From contig CAWJCS010000005.1 in assembly GCA_963841435.1 (NCBI GenBank), positions 192,001 through 256,000 on the forward strand: 64,000 bases of DNA, read 5' to 3'. This DNA is from an uncultured delta proteobacterium (lineage in GTDB: Bacteria; Myxococcota_A; Polyangia; Polyangiales; Polyangiaceae). The first letter of the stretch is position 1; the number at the start of each line of letters is the position of its first letter. Below are positions 31,881 through 41,825 of the stretch, piece by piece. The notes beneath the pieces are model-generated. The model made no database searches. It had not been told where the DNA came from and saw only the letters and a program-made list of their open reading frames with translations. Both the position numbers and the translations under genes were made by a program.

Positions 31881-32768
31881 GTGCGTGTCCTCGCAGCGCT
31901 CGATTTCGGCGATTCGTCACTCGAAGGGCTACGTCAGGCGCGCACGCTCGCGCACGCCGTCAACGGGACGCTCGCCGTCGTGCACGTGCTGCCGACGGTC
32001 TACGACCTGTCGCTCCTGTTCCCCGAGCGCAGCCTGGAAGATGCGTCGGAGCTCACGGACGAGGCCGCACGCGTGCGGAGCGCGCTCTTCGAGCACGCGC
32101 GCAGCAAGATCGGCCTCGAGCTCACCGAGGTCTTCGTCGAGCGCGGCTCGCCCTACGCGGAGATCGTCCGTCGCGCCGAGAACTACGGCGCCGACTTCAT
32201 CGTGGTCGGCAGCCACGGGCGCGGCGGCCTTGCCCGGGCCATCCTCGGCAGCGTGGCCGAGCGCGTGTCGCGCCACGCCCACTGCTCGGTGCTCGTGGCG
32301 CGCCAGCCGCCCGCCACCGGCACCGTGCTCGTCGCCACCGACCTTTCCGACCCGTCGCTCCCGGCGCTCGAAGCGGGCGCGACCGCCGCAAAACGTCGTG
32401 ACGCCCGGCTCGTCGTGGTCTCCGTGCTCGAATGGGCCGGTATCGCGTCCACCGCGGCAGGCGGTCTCATCGGGGGCGTGCCGGTGCTCCCCCCCGTCGA
32501 GGTGCGTGAGGAGGTGCGGAGCACGCTGCGCGCCTCGCTCGAGCAAGCGCTCCTGCGCGTCGGCGCCACGGGTGAGGTGCGCGTGCTCGAGGGCTCTGCC
32601 GCGACCGAGATCGTGGCCTGCGCCGACGAGCTCGGCGCGGAGCTCGTCATCGTCGGGACACACGGTCGTACGGGCCTCGCACGGCTCGCGCTCGGTAGCG
32701 TCGCCGAGCGCGTGATTGCCGGCGCCGGCACGTCCGTGCTCGCCGTTCGTCACGATCCACGTCACTGA
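31881..32768 (+). CDS. Tandem-domain universal stress protein
   Basis: VLAALDF…VVGSHGRGG…LGSVAERV, and VLVATDLS…GTHGRTG…LGSVAERV. Confidence 0.9.
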   Translation: MRVLAALDFGDSSLEGLRQARTLAHAVNGTLAVVHVLPTVYDLSLLFPERSLEDASELTDEAARVRSALFEHARSKIGLELTEVFVERGSPYAEIVRRAENYGADFIVVGSHGRGGLARAILGSVAERVSRHAHCSVLVARQPPATGTVLVATDLSDPSLPALEAGATAAKRRDARLVVVSVLEWAGIASTAAGGLIGGVPVLPPVEVREEVRSTLRASLEQALLRVGATGEVRVLEGSAATEIVACADELGAELVIVGTHGRTGLARLALGSVAERVIAGAGTSVLAVRHDPRH

Positions 32769-32778
32769 TCAGGTCGCC

Positions 32779-34677
32779 ATGCGCTCGGCGAGATGGACCG
32801 CGATCCGCCGCGCCGTCGTCGTCGGTGCGGCGCCGCTCGTCGGCTGCGGCGGTCGAGCGACGCCGGCCCCCACGGCCGCTCCCCCGCCGGCCTCCACGGC
32901 CGCTCCCGCGCCCAGTCGCCCGACGGCCGCCGAGGCCGACGCCTTCGTCGCGAGCGTGAACACGGAGCTCCGGAAGCTCGTGGCCGAGGCGGATCGGACC
33001 GCGTGGGTCAAAGCAACCTACATCACGCCCGACACCGAGTACCTCGATGCCAAGCAGCGCGAAAAACTGCTCGAGTTCACGACGCGCACGGTGCGCGAGG
33101 CGCGTCGCTTCGAGGGCCTCGCGCTCGCACCGGACACCGCGCGCGCTCTCTATCTCTTGCGCTACTCCGCGGGCGTCCCCGCGCCGAGCGATCCCGATAA
33201 GCGCGCGCGCCTCGCCGCGATCGGCTCCGAGCTCGAGAGTCTCTACGGCACGGGCAAGTACTGCTCGAAAAGGCTACGTGGCCAGGGCGACGACAAAAAG
33301 AGCGAGTGCCTGAAGCTCGACGAGCTCGAGGAGATCCTCGAAAAGCGGCGTGACCCCGAGCTCTTGCTCGAGGCTTGGCGCGGCTGGCACTCCGTGGCCC
33401 CGCCGATGCGCCCGCTCTACACCGAGATGGTCGCAATCGGCAACGAGGGCGCGCGCGAGCTCGGCTTTGCGGATCTATCGGCCATCTGGCGAGGCGGCTA
33501 CGACATGAGCGCGGAGGCCTTCGAGAAGACGCTCGATCGCCTCTACGAGCAGGTGAAGCCCCTCTACGTGAAGCTTCACTGCTACGTGCGCGCTCGTCTC
33601 GCCAAGCGCTACGGCGAAAAGCTCGTCGACCCAAAAGGGCCGATCCCCGCGCACCTACTCGGCAACATGTGGGCACAGGAGTGGCAGGCGCTCTATCCGG
33701 AGCTCGAGCCTTACCCCGGCCGCGGCAGCGTCGATCTCACGCGCGCGCTCGTGAAGAAAAAATACGACGCCCTTCGCATGGTGAAGACCGGCGAAAAGTT
33801 CTTCGTCTCCCTCGGCATGCAGCCCCTGCCCGAGACGTTCTGGCAGAGAAGCCTGTTCCAAAAGCCCGCCAATCGCGACGTGGAGTGTCACGCCAGCGCG
33901 TGGGACGTGGGTCTTTCGGGTGATCTGCGCATCAAGATGTGCATCCGCGTCGAGGCTGACGACTTCGTGACGATCCATCACGAGCTCGGCCACGACTACT
34001 ACTACCAACAGTACGCCGCCCTCCCGCCGCTCTTTCAGGCCGGCGCCAACGACGGGTTCCACGAGGGCATCGGCGACACCCTCGCGCTCAGCGTGACGCC
34101 CGAGTACCTCGCGCGCATCGGCCTCATCGACCAGGCCCCCAACGACCCGCGCGCCGAGATCGACGAGCTCATGCGCCGCGCCCTCGACGGTGTCGCGTTC
34201 CTGCCGTTCGGCAAGCTCATCGACCAGTGGCGCTTTCGCGTCTTCGACGGTCGCACGCCTCCCTCGGACTACAACGCGAGCTACTGGCGGCTGCGGCGCG
34301 AATACCAGGGCGTCGCGCCGCCCGTCGCGCGCAGCGAAGCCGACTTCGACCCTGGCGCGAAGTACCACGTCGCGTCCAACGTCCCCTACACGCGCTACTT
34401 CATCGCGCGCATCCTGCAGTACCAGTTCCACCGCGCGCTCTGCCGCGCCGCCGGCTACGACGGGCCGCTACACCGCTGCTCGATCTACGGCAGCGCCGAG
34501 GCGGGCAAGAAGCTGATCGCCATGCTGCGACTCGGCGCGCAAAAGCCCTGGCCCGACGCGCTCGCGGCGCTCTCCGGCGAGCGCGAAATGGATGCCACCG
34601 CCATCCTCGACTACTACGCGCCGCTCGCCGCCTGGCTCGACGAACAGAACCGCGGTCAGACCTGCGGCTGGGACTGA
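32779..34677 (+). CDS. M2 family metallopeptidase (ACE-like peptidyl-dipeptidase), lipoprotein
   Basis: PAHLLGNMWAQ, CHASAWD, HHELGH, GANDGFHEGIGD, FDPGAKYHV. Confidence 0.93.
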   Translation: MRSARWTAIRRAVVVGAAPLVGCGGRATPAPTAAPPPASTAAPAPSRPTAAEADAFVASVNTELRKLVAEADRTAWVKATYITPDTEYLDAKQREKLLEFTTRTVREARRFEGLALAPDTARALYLLRYSAGVPAPSDPDKRARLAAIGSELESLYGTGKYCSKRLRGQGDDKKSECLKLDELEEILEKRRDPELLLEAWRGWHSVAPPMRPLYTEMVAIGNEGARELGFADLSAIWRGGYDMSAEAFEKTLDRLYEQVKPLYVKLHCYVRARLAKRYGEKLVDPKGPIPAHLLGNMWAQEWQALYPELEPYPGRGSVDLTRALVKKKYDALRMVKTGEKFFVSLGMQPLPETFWQRSLFQKPANRDVECHASAWDVGLSGDLRIKMCIRVEADDFVTIHHELGHDYYYQQYAALPPLFQAGANDGFHEGIGDTLALSVTPEYLARIGLIDQAPNDPRAEIDELMRRALDGVAFLPFGKLIDQWRFRVFDGRTPPSDYNASYWRLRREYQGVAPPVARSEADFDPGAKYHVASNVPYTRYFIARILQYQFHRALCRAAGYDGPLHRCSIYGSAEAGKKLIAMLRLGAQKPWPDALAALSGEREMDATAILDYYAPLAAWLDEQNRGQTCGWD

Positions 34678-34815
34678 AGCGCGGCACCGAGCCCGGAGCG
34701 GATGAACCGCGTGTCGCTTCATGGCACAATGCGGCACAGCTCGTGAACGGTGCGGCGGCGAGGCGCGTTGCACGCGGGGCCACGGAGGGGCATGCGACTT
34801 GCTCGGGAGACGGAC

Positions 34816-36721
34816 ATGACGCGGGTGACGGCGAGCCCAGGGTGCGTTTTCGCAGCGGTGCTCCTCTTGGGCTGCGGCTCGAGCCGCGCCACGACGGCGA
34901 GCGATCCGCTGGGAAGCGGCGGTAGCGCCGGCGCGAGTGGAACGGGCGGCGCCGGCTCCGGCGGCACGGCCGCGCACGGTGGCAGCAGTGGAAGCGGCGC
35001 TACGTCCGGCCTGGGCGGCACTGGGGGTTTTCTCGAAGTGGGCGGCACCGGGGGCAGCCAGAGTCCCAACCTGTCGGGCTGCTCCACGGATCGCCACAGC
35101 GTGCTCGGGAGCCAGGGCGAGGTCCTCGAGACCTGCCCGCCCGACGAGGCCTGCGAGGACTCGACGTGCGTGCCTGCTTGTGCGGCGTTCGCGTCGATCG
35201 CGAGCAGCGTCGGCTGCGATTTTCTCGCTGCGACGCCGTCGGTGATGTCGCTCTATCGTCCGGGCTGCTTCGCCGTGTTCGTCGCCAACGCCTGGAATCG
35301 CCCGACGACGGTGCGCATCGAGCGCGACGGCGTGACCTACGATGCCTCCGACATCGGACGCATCGTCGGCTCGGGCAGCGACGCCACGACGTGGGCGCCC
35401 GTGCCGGCCGAGGGCATCGCACCCGACGAGGTCGCCGTGTTGTTCCTCTCGCACGACCCGATGGCGAACAGCGGTGACGGCACCGACACACGCTGTCCCA
35501 TCCCTCCCGCCGTCGCGGACGTGGGCGGCGCGGCCGTGTTCGACAAGGCACTCGACGCGCCGAAGCTGGACCCCGCTCTGCAAACCGGGCGCGGCCACGC
35601 CTTCGGCATCCAGACCGACAGCCCCGTCAGCGTCTACAGCATGGTGCCGTACGGCGGGGCTCGCTCGGTCGATCCCGGTGCGTCGCTCCTTTATCCGACG
35701 GCCGTGTGGGGCAAAAACTACATCGCGGCGCTGCCCCCCGTGATGTACCCGGGCGAGGTCGGCACCGAGCCCTGGGCGCAGATCGTCGCGCTGGAGAACG
35801 ACACGACCGTGGAGCTTCTGCCAAGCTCGGATCTGCCCGGCGGCGGGGGCGTGCCGGCATCGCCGTCCGGCGCCGTCGCAAGCTTCACGCTCGGCGCGGG
35901 GGAGCTCATCCAGTGGCAGCCCACGCTCGACTTCTCGGGCACGGCGCTACTCGCCGATCGGCCTGTCGCGTTCTACGGCGGCCAGAGCTCGTTCCTGCGC
36001 AACAGCAGCCAGCCGGAATGCGAAAACGGCGCGAGCGACAACGCTCACCAGCAGGTGCCCCCGATCTCGGCGCTCGGCAGCGAGTACGTCGGAGCTCCCT
36101 ACCATTCTCGCATCGACATCCCCGAATCGGTGCCTTACCGCCTGGTCGGGCTCGCCGACGGCACGACGCTCACCTACGACCCGCCCCAGCCCGGCGCGCC
36201 AAGCCTGCTCGATGAGGGCATGGTGCGCGACTTCGAAGCCGTCCAAAGCTTCACCATCGACAGCCAGGATCGCGACCACCCCTTTTACGTCGCGCAGATC
36301 ATGCCCGGCTGCGGCATGGGCGACCCCACGGGCGACGAGGAATACGTGAACGTGATCCCGGCTCCGCAGTACCTCGACAAATACGTCTTCTTCACGGACC
36401 CGACGTACGGAACGACGAACCTCGTGCTCGTCCGCAGCAAGGGGCCGTCGGGATTCGCCGACGTGACGATCGACTGCCTGGGCACGGTTTCCGGCTTTCG
36501 TGACGTCGGCACGGCGGGTCGCTACCAGACGGTCAACGTCGATCTGGTGCGCGGCAACGTGCCGGTCGGCTCTTGCGGAAAATGGCCGCCACGTCGCCGA
36601 GAGCGACGTGCCGTTCGGGCTCGTGGTCTGGGGTCTCGACCACTTCGCGTCGTACGCGTACCCTGCGGGCAGCGGCGCCGCACGGCTCAACGAGGTCGTG
36701 GTGATCCCGGTCGTGAAGTGA
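34816..36721 (+). CDS. IgGFc-binding-domain lipoprotein; frameshift near 36580
   Basis: SSVGCDF, ASLLYPTAVWG, QQVPPISALGSEY, GDEEYVNVIP, terminal SYAYPAG in the shifted frame. Confidence 0.8.
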
Positions 36722-36734
36722 CCGCGGTCACGCC

Positions 36735-37460
36735 TCAGTGTTGATTGATCCGATCGAAGACGGGCTGAAACACCTCCTGCCCGGCCTTGCTCAGCCCCTC
36801 GGTAAAGCCGAAAGTGGCCGTCGTTTTCCCTTCTTCGAGCTGCGCGAAGACACTGTCGATGAAGTCCTTCACGGGCGGGGCGAAGTCGTGAATGCCCTTG
36901 CCGCCGAGATCGGTATTGAGGGCCGGAGGGACGAGCTCGACCACCTCGACGTTCTTGTCCCTAAGGAGGTGCCGGAGCGCGAGCGTGAAGGAGTGGAAAA
37001 ACGCCTTCGTGGGGGAGTAGACGGGCGTCTTCACGAGCGGCACGAAGGCAAGCCCCGAGGTGACGTTGACGACGGTGTCGAGCTTGGGAAGCTTCAAGAA
37101 GAGGTGCGTGAGATGAAGCGGCGCCTCGATGTTGATGGCGATTTCCGCGCGAGCGCGCTGCATGAAATCGTCGTCGGTCACGGCCATCCAACTCTGGATG
37201 CCGGCGTTGTTGACGAGCACGTTGGTGTCCGGGTGCTCGGCGGCGATGAAGCGGTAGAGCCCTTCGCGCCCTTCGTTCGTCGAAAGATCACAGGCGTGAG
37301 TCACGAGCGACGGCACTTTGCTCGACGCCTCTCGCAGCGCATCGGCGCGCCGCCCGCAAATGATCACCTGGTTTTGCTTCTGCGCGAAGCGCTCGGCGAG
37401 GCCGAAGCCGATGCCGGATGCGCCGCCCGTGATGAGGATCTTGTTGCCGCTGGTCTTCAT
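36735..37460 (-). CDS. SDR oxidoreductase (DltE-like)
   Basis: ILITGGASGIG, NNAGIQ, SGLAFVP, YSPTK. Confidence 0.88.
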   Translation of the reverse strand: MKTSGNKILITGGASGIGFGLAERFAQKQNQVIICGRRADALREASSKVPSLVTHACDLSTNEGREGLYRFIAAEHPDTNVLVNNAGIQSWMAVTDDDFMQRARAEIAINIEAPLHLTHLFLKLPKLDTVVNVTSGLAFVPLVKTPVYSPTKAFFHSFTLALRHLLRDKNVEVVELVPPALNTDLGGKGIHDFAPPVKDFIDSVFAQLEEGKTTATFGFTEGLSKAGQEVFQPVFDRINQH

Positions 37461-37596
37461 GCTGCCTCGCTCTCGCCGTCCGTGGCTGACGAGACATGGG
37501 GCCGCGCCACGCTGAGCGCAACCCTGCACCCTCAGCGAAGTTTCGCGCGGGCGCGGCGATTCGGTGCTACCGCGTGGAAAGCACGAGGGCGCGAGC

Positions 37597-39085
37597 ATGG
37601 CGAACGCGAAGAAGACGGACCCCGAGCTTCCCATCGTCGCGCCGCTCGATTTCTTTCCCGTCTCGAACGGCGAGTTTTGCCCGCGGCCGCCCGAAGCTCG
37701 CATGGTGAAAGCCGAGCGGCTGTTCTTCGACATCGTCGAGGACAAACATCGCCGCCTCGGCATGACACGGCGCGAGTTCGCCGAGAGCGCGTGCGGCATG
37801 GCGGCGGCCCTGCACGTCCTGAACCTCACGGCGTGTAGCTCCGGCCGCGACGGGTCGGCGTCCGCGCCCACGGGAACCGGCGGCTCCTCGGGTGGTGCCG
37901 GGCTCGGCGGAGGAGCCGGCTACGACATAGATGCGGGCATGATGGAGGACGCCGGGCACGCACGCGAGCGGCTCGACGGCGACGAGTTCGTGATGGACGT
38001 GCAGGTGCACGTGGCCGAGCCGCTCACGCCCTGGGCGGAGGCAACGCCGCCCGAGCTCGCGCTCGACTTCATCACGCAGATCTTCGTGCAGAGCGACACG
38101 GCGGTCGCCTGCGTCACGGGCATCCCCGCCATCCGGGAGCTCGGTCCACCGCACGTCGAGGCGCACGCCATGCTGCAAGCCGTCATCGAGCGCTTCGGTG
38201 GCCCGCGGCTCATCTTCCACGCCAATGCCGATCCGGAGCGCGGCGCCTCCGAGCTCGACTACATGGCGGATCTCAGCGAGCCGCTACACGCTCGGCGCGT
38301 TCAAGACGTTCCCGTTCGCCGGCGAATTCCGCCTCGACAGCGACGAGGTCGGCGCGCCGTTCATCGAGCAGGTGACGGCGCTCGGCGTCGGCACGATCGC
38401 GGCGCACCGCGGTCTCAGCGGCGGCGGCGGTTACGACGTGCCCGGCTCGCCCGTCGATCTCGTGCGCGCCGCCAAGAAATTCCCGGCCGTGAAGTTTCTC
38501 GTCTACCACTCGGGCTGGGAATCGGCCGAAGACGAGAACCATCCGTACGATCCGCAAAATCCGGACCCGCGCGGCGTCGATCGCTTCATCCGCGCGCTCA
38601 TCGAGAACGACATCGGCCCGGGCGGCAACGTCTACGCCGAGCTCGGCTCCACCTTCTACGGCCTGATGACGACCCCCGACGCGGCCGCCCACGTGCTCGG
38701 CAAGCTCATCAAACAGCTCGGCCCCGAGGGCGTGCTCTACGGCACGGACAGCGTGTTCGCGGGCGTTCCGCAGCCGCAAATCGTCGCGCTGCGCACGCTC
38801 GTGATCCCGGAATCGATGCAAGAAGCCCATGGCTACCCGGCGCTCACGAGCGACATGCGCGCGCGCATCCTCGGCCTCAACGGCGCGAGCGTGTACGGCA
38901 TCGACCCGCAAGCCGTGCGCTACGCCATCAGTGACGACGACGTTTCGTCGCTACGCCTCGCCTACCTCGACGACCCGCGCTCGATCCGCGTGCCGCACCG
39001 CCACCAGTACCGCGGCCCGAGCACGCGGCGAGAATTCTTGTCGATGCTCGCGCGCGGCCTCGGGCACGGCCCCGTCGCGGGGTGA
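37597..39085 (+). CDS. Amidohydrolase_2-family protein; frameshift near 38275
   Basis: DVQVH, AHRG, VYHSG, NVYAELGST, LYGTDS, ILGLN. Confidence 0.8.
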
Positions 39086-39119
39086 GTGCCCGAAGCCGCA
39101 GCGCCCGGCGACGCTCGCA

Positions 39120-40055
39120 TCAACCGAGGAACGGCGCGAGCGCGCTCTGGGTGCGCGCCTGCTGCTCGGGCGTGAGCATGCCGAAGAGGATCTCCGCAAA
39201 GCGCGTCTCCTTCACGCCCGAGGTGATGAACTGGAAACGATAGGCCGACAGGAACGCGGCCTCGAGCGCGACCCGCTCCTCGGGGCCGGCAGCGCGCTCC
39301 AATGAGGCGCAAAAATAGGCCGCATCCGCGCCGGCCTGGTCGATCAACAGCCCATCGACGGCAGCGACCAGATCGAGGAAATCGGAGAGTGCGGCGTCGC
39401 GTTCGCTCTCTTCGAGCTTGGCGTCGGCACGCCGCCACTCAATCTCGTCGAGCTGTGTGTGTTGGCTCTCCTCCTTGAAGTGGAAAAAGAGAGCGTCTTT
39501 GAAGACGGGTGAGAGGCGCGGATCCACCTCGATGCTCTTTCGGTAATGAGCCAGGGTGAAAAGCTCGATGTGGCAGGTGAGCGCGAGCACCGCCCAGCTC
39601 GACTTGCCGAGCACGACGCGAGCGACGGCGTCCGCGTCGTGTACCTGGCGGTACCCGGGGGGCATGATCTCGGCCGCCATGCTCTCGAGCCGTTCGAAGA
39701 GCCGCTGGTGCTTCAGCTCCTCGTCGCTGAAGCGCACCATGGCCTCGAGCGCCTGCTGATCACCGAGGGCGTGCCCGAGCCCGACCTCGAGCATCTTGGC
39801 GGCGATGAAGCGCTCGACCAGACCGAACATGGCAGCGTACGTGCGCCCCTGGACCTGGCTGAACAGGCGACGCTCGGCGCCGGAGAAGCCCTCGAGCGCC
39901 GCGACGAGCGTGAGCCCGTCGGGCAAGAGCTTGTCCTCGACGTTGAGCGTGCGCCCTCGCAGCACGTCGGCCTCGAGGTCCCAGCGCACGCGCTTCGACC
40001 GGGCGACGATGTCGGCATAGCTCTTCTTCGGTGTGGATTGGATGGGTGCATTCAT
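39120..40055 (-). CDS. Ferritin-like di-iron protein (AurF-like)
   Basis: E…DEELKH…HIE…EESQH carboxylate/His pattern; RBS AGGAG. Confidence 0.7.
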   Translation of the reverse strand: MNAPIQSTPKKSYADIVARSKRVRWDLEADVLRGRTLNVEDKLLPDGLTLVAALEGFSGAERRLFSQVQGRTYAAMFGLVERFIAAKMLEVGLGHALGDQQALEAMVRFSDEELKHQRLFERLESMAAEIMPPGYRQVHDADAVARVVLGKSSWAVLALTCHIELFTLAHYRKSIEVDPRLSPVFKDALFFHFKEESQHTQLDEIEWRRADAKLEESERDAALSDFLDLVAAVDGLLIDQAGADAAYFCASLERAAGPEERVALEAAFLSAYRFQFITSGVKETRFAEILFGMLTPEQQARTQSALAPFLG

Positions 40056-40225
40056 GGTTCGATTTCTCCTTTTTCTCGGAACGAAGGGGTTCGACGCGGC
40101 CGCGCACGATGGCGAAGGGCGCACGGCGGCCGCACGGCGCACGGCGGCCGCTGCGTCGAGGCGGCTCGACGCGAAGAATCAGTCGCGCCGCGACTGCACG
40201 GCTTGGAGGGCCGCGGGCGGAGCGT

Positions 40226-40849
40226 TCAGGAGCGCGCGGTACGTGGTCGGAGCTCCACGAGGTCGTCAGCGCAGCCGCAAGGCTCCGAAGCTCTCTCGCG
40301 CGGCTCGCACTCGCGAGCCCGCCCGCGAGCATCGACCGAGATCTCGCAGCACTCCTCGAACATGCGGCGGAGCCGCTCGCGCCCGCGCTGCACGCGCGAC
40401 TTGAGCCCGGAGAGCGACAGCCCGAGCATCTCGGCGGCGTCCTTCTGCGCGAGACCCTCGAGCTCGGTCAGCGTCACGGCGCTGCGGTACGGCTCCGGCA
40501 GCTGGCCGACGAAGGCCGCCACGCACGACGTGAGCTCCCCGCGGAGCTCCTCGTCGTCCGCCGACGGGTCGTCGCAGGGCGGCTCGAGCTCGCTGGTCAA
40601 GGCCACCAACGGGCGGCGAGCTTTCTTGCGCGCGCTATCGATCACGGCGTTGTGCGCGACGCGGTACACCCAGCCGCCGAATCGCTCGCCATCCTGCAGC
40701 CCGGCGGCGCGCTCGTGCAGCCTCACGAAGATCTCCTGGAGCAGATCGTCGACATCGGCGCTCGACGCAACCCGGCGCGCGAGGTACGGCCGCAGCCGAC
40801 TCTCGATCTCCTTCCAAGCACCACGGGCTTCTGCCGAGATCATCGTCAT
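40226..40849 (-). CDS. ECF RNA polymerase sigma factor, SigZ-like, with a Cys-rich C-terminus
   Basis: DVDDLLQEIFV, WVYRVAHN, LPEPYRSAV, LSLSGLKSRVQRGR; tail EECCEI…ECEP…PCGC. Confidence 0.88.
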   Translation of the reverse strand: MTMISAEARGAWKEIESRLRPYLARRVASSADVDDLLQEIFVRLHERAAGLQDGERFGGWVYRVAHNAVIDSARKKARRPLVALTSELEPPCDDPSADDEELRGELTSCVAAFVGQLPEPYRSAVTLTELEGLAQKDAAEMLGLSLSGLKSRVQRGRERLRRMFEECCEISVDARGRARECEPRERASEPCGCADDLVELRPRTARS

Positions 40850-40853
40850 CTCC

Positions 40854-41678
40854 TCAGGAGCAACACAGGGGAGCGCAGCACGACCCCTCCGTCTTGCCTT
40901 CGACGGCTGCCGAAGGCTTCCGACCTTCGATCACGGCCGAGACCGCGTAACCTTCGGCTCCGGGCATGCACTGTCCGATGATGGCCGCGGTTTCGGGCCG
41001 CGTCACGATCCGCACGTCCTCGAAGCCCGATTCCACGAGATACCCGCGGAGCTCCGCGACCGACGCGGCACCGGCCACGCACCCGGTCAACGCTTCGAGG
41101 CTCGCCGCGAGCGCCTCCGGCATCGCGCCGAGCGCCACCACGTCGGAGATCGCCAGGCGCCCGCCCGGTCGCAGCACGCGGAACGCCTCCCGGAAAACGC
41201 GCCGCTTGTCGGGCGCCAGATTGATCACGCAATTGGAGAGGATCACGTCGACCGACGCGTCGGCCACCGGCAAGTGCTCGATCTCACCCAGACGAAACTC
41301 GACGTGCGGCTCGTTCGCCTTCACGGCGTTGTCGCGCGCCTTCTCCACCATCTCCGGCGTCATATCGACGCCGATCACGCGGCCCCCGGGAGCGACGCGC
41401 CGCGCGGCGAGGAAACAATCGAAGCCCGCGCCCGAGCCGAGATCGAGCACCGTTTCGCCGGCGCGAAGCTCGGCGATCGCTTGGGGATTGCCGCACCCGA
41501 GGCCGAGGTCCGCGCCTTCTGGAGCGCTCGCGATCTCCTCGGGTGAGTAGCCGACCGCCATGCTGCCGACGCCCTCGGTGCCGCAGCAGCCCACACCACA
41601 ACCCGAAGCGCCCCGAGCGACCTTGGCGTACGCCGTGCGAACCTTCCCGCGAACTTCGTCCTCGTTTCTCTTTTCCAT
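40854..41678 (-). CDS. arsM: Arsenite S-adenosylmethionine methyltransferase
   Basis: GLGCGNP, VLDLGSGAGFD, GVDMTPEM, ILSNCVINLAPDK, GCVAGA; N-terminal GCC. Confidence 0.88.
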   Translation of the reverse strand: MEKRNEDEVRGKVRTAYAKVARGASGCGVGCCGTEGVGSMAVGYSPEEIASAPEGADLGLGCGNPQAIAELRAGETVLDLGSGAGFDCFLAARRVAPGGRVIGVDMTPEMVEKARDNAVKANEPHVEFRLGEIEHLPVADASVDVILSNCVINLAPDKRRVFREAFRVLRPGGRLAISDVVALGAMPEALAASLEALTGCVAGAASVAELRGYLVESGFEDVRIVTRPETAAIIGQCMPGAEGYAVSAVIEGRKPSAAVEGKTEGSCCAPLCCS

Positions 41679-41695
41679 GGTGTCTCCAACCATGA

Positions 41696-41722
41696 GGACG
41701 TTGACCCCCGGAAAAGGACGCA
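41696..41722 (-). promoter_or_regulatory. Candidate ECF-type promoter for arsM
   Basis: Minus strand reads TGCGTCCTTTT-N-CGTC just upstream of the arsM RBS; CGTC is a common ECF -10 element (inference). Confidence 0.35.
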
Positions 41723-41825
41723 GAGTTTCTTCAGCAAACCTGCAGCAAGAGCGGAAGACGCCTGAACACGGCGGGTCGAGGCACTATTCGCACGGTCCCG
41801 TCACCCCTTTTGCAAGGACGCTCGT

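Noticed and set aside
40119-40151. Short GCACGGCGGCC duplication upstream of the ferritin-like gene
   Set aside because: Too short and GC-rich to distinguish from chance.
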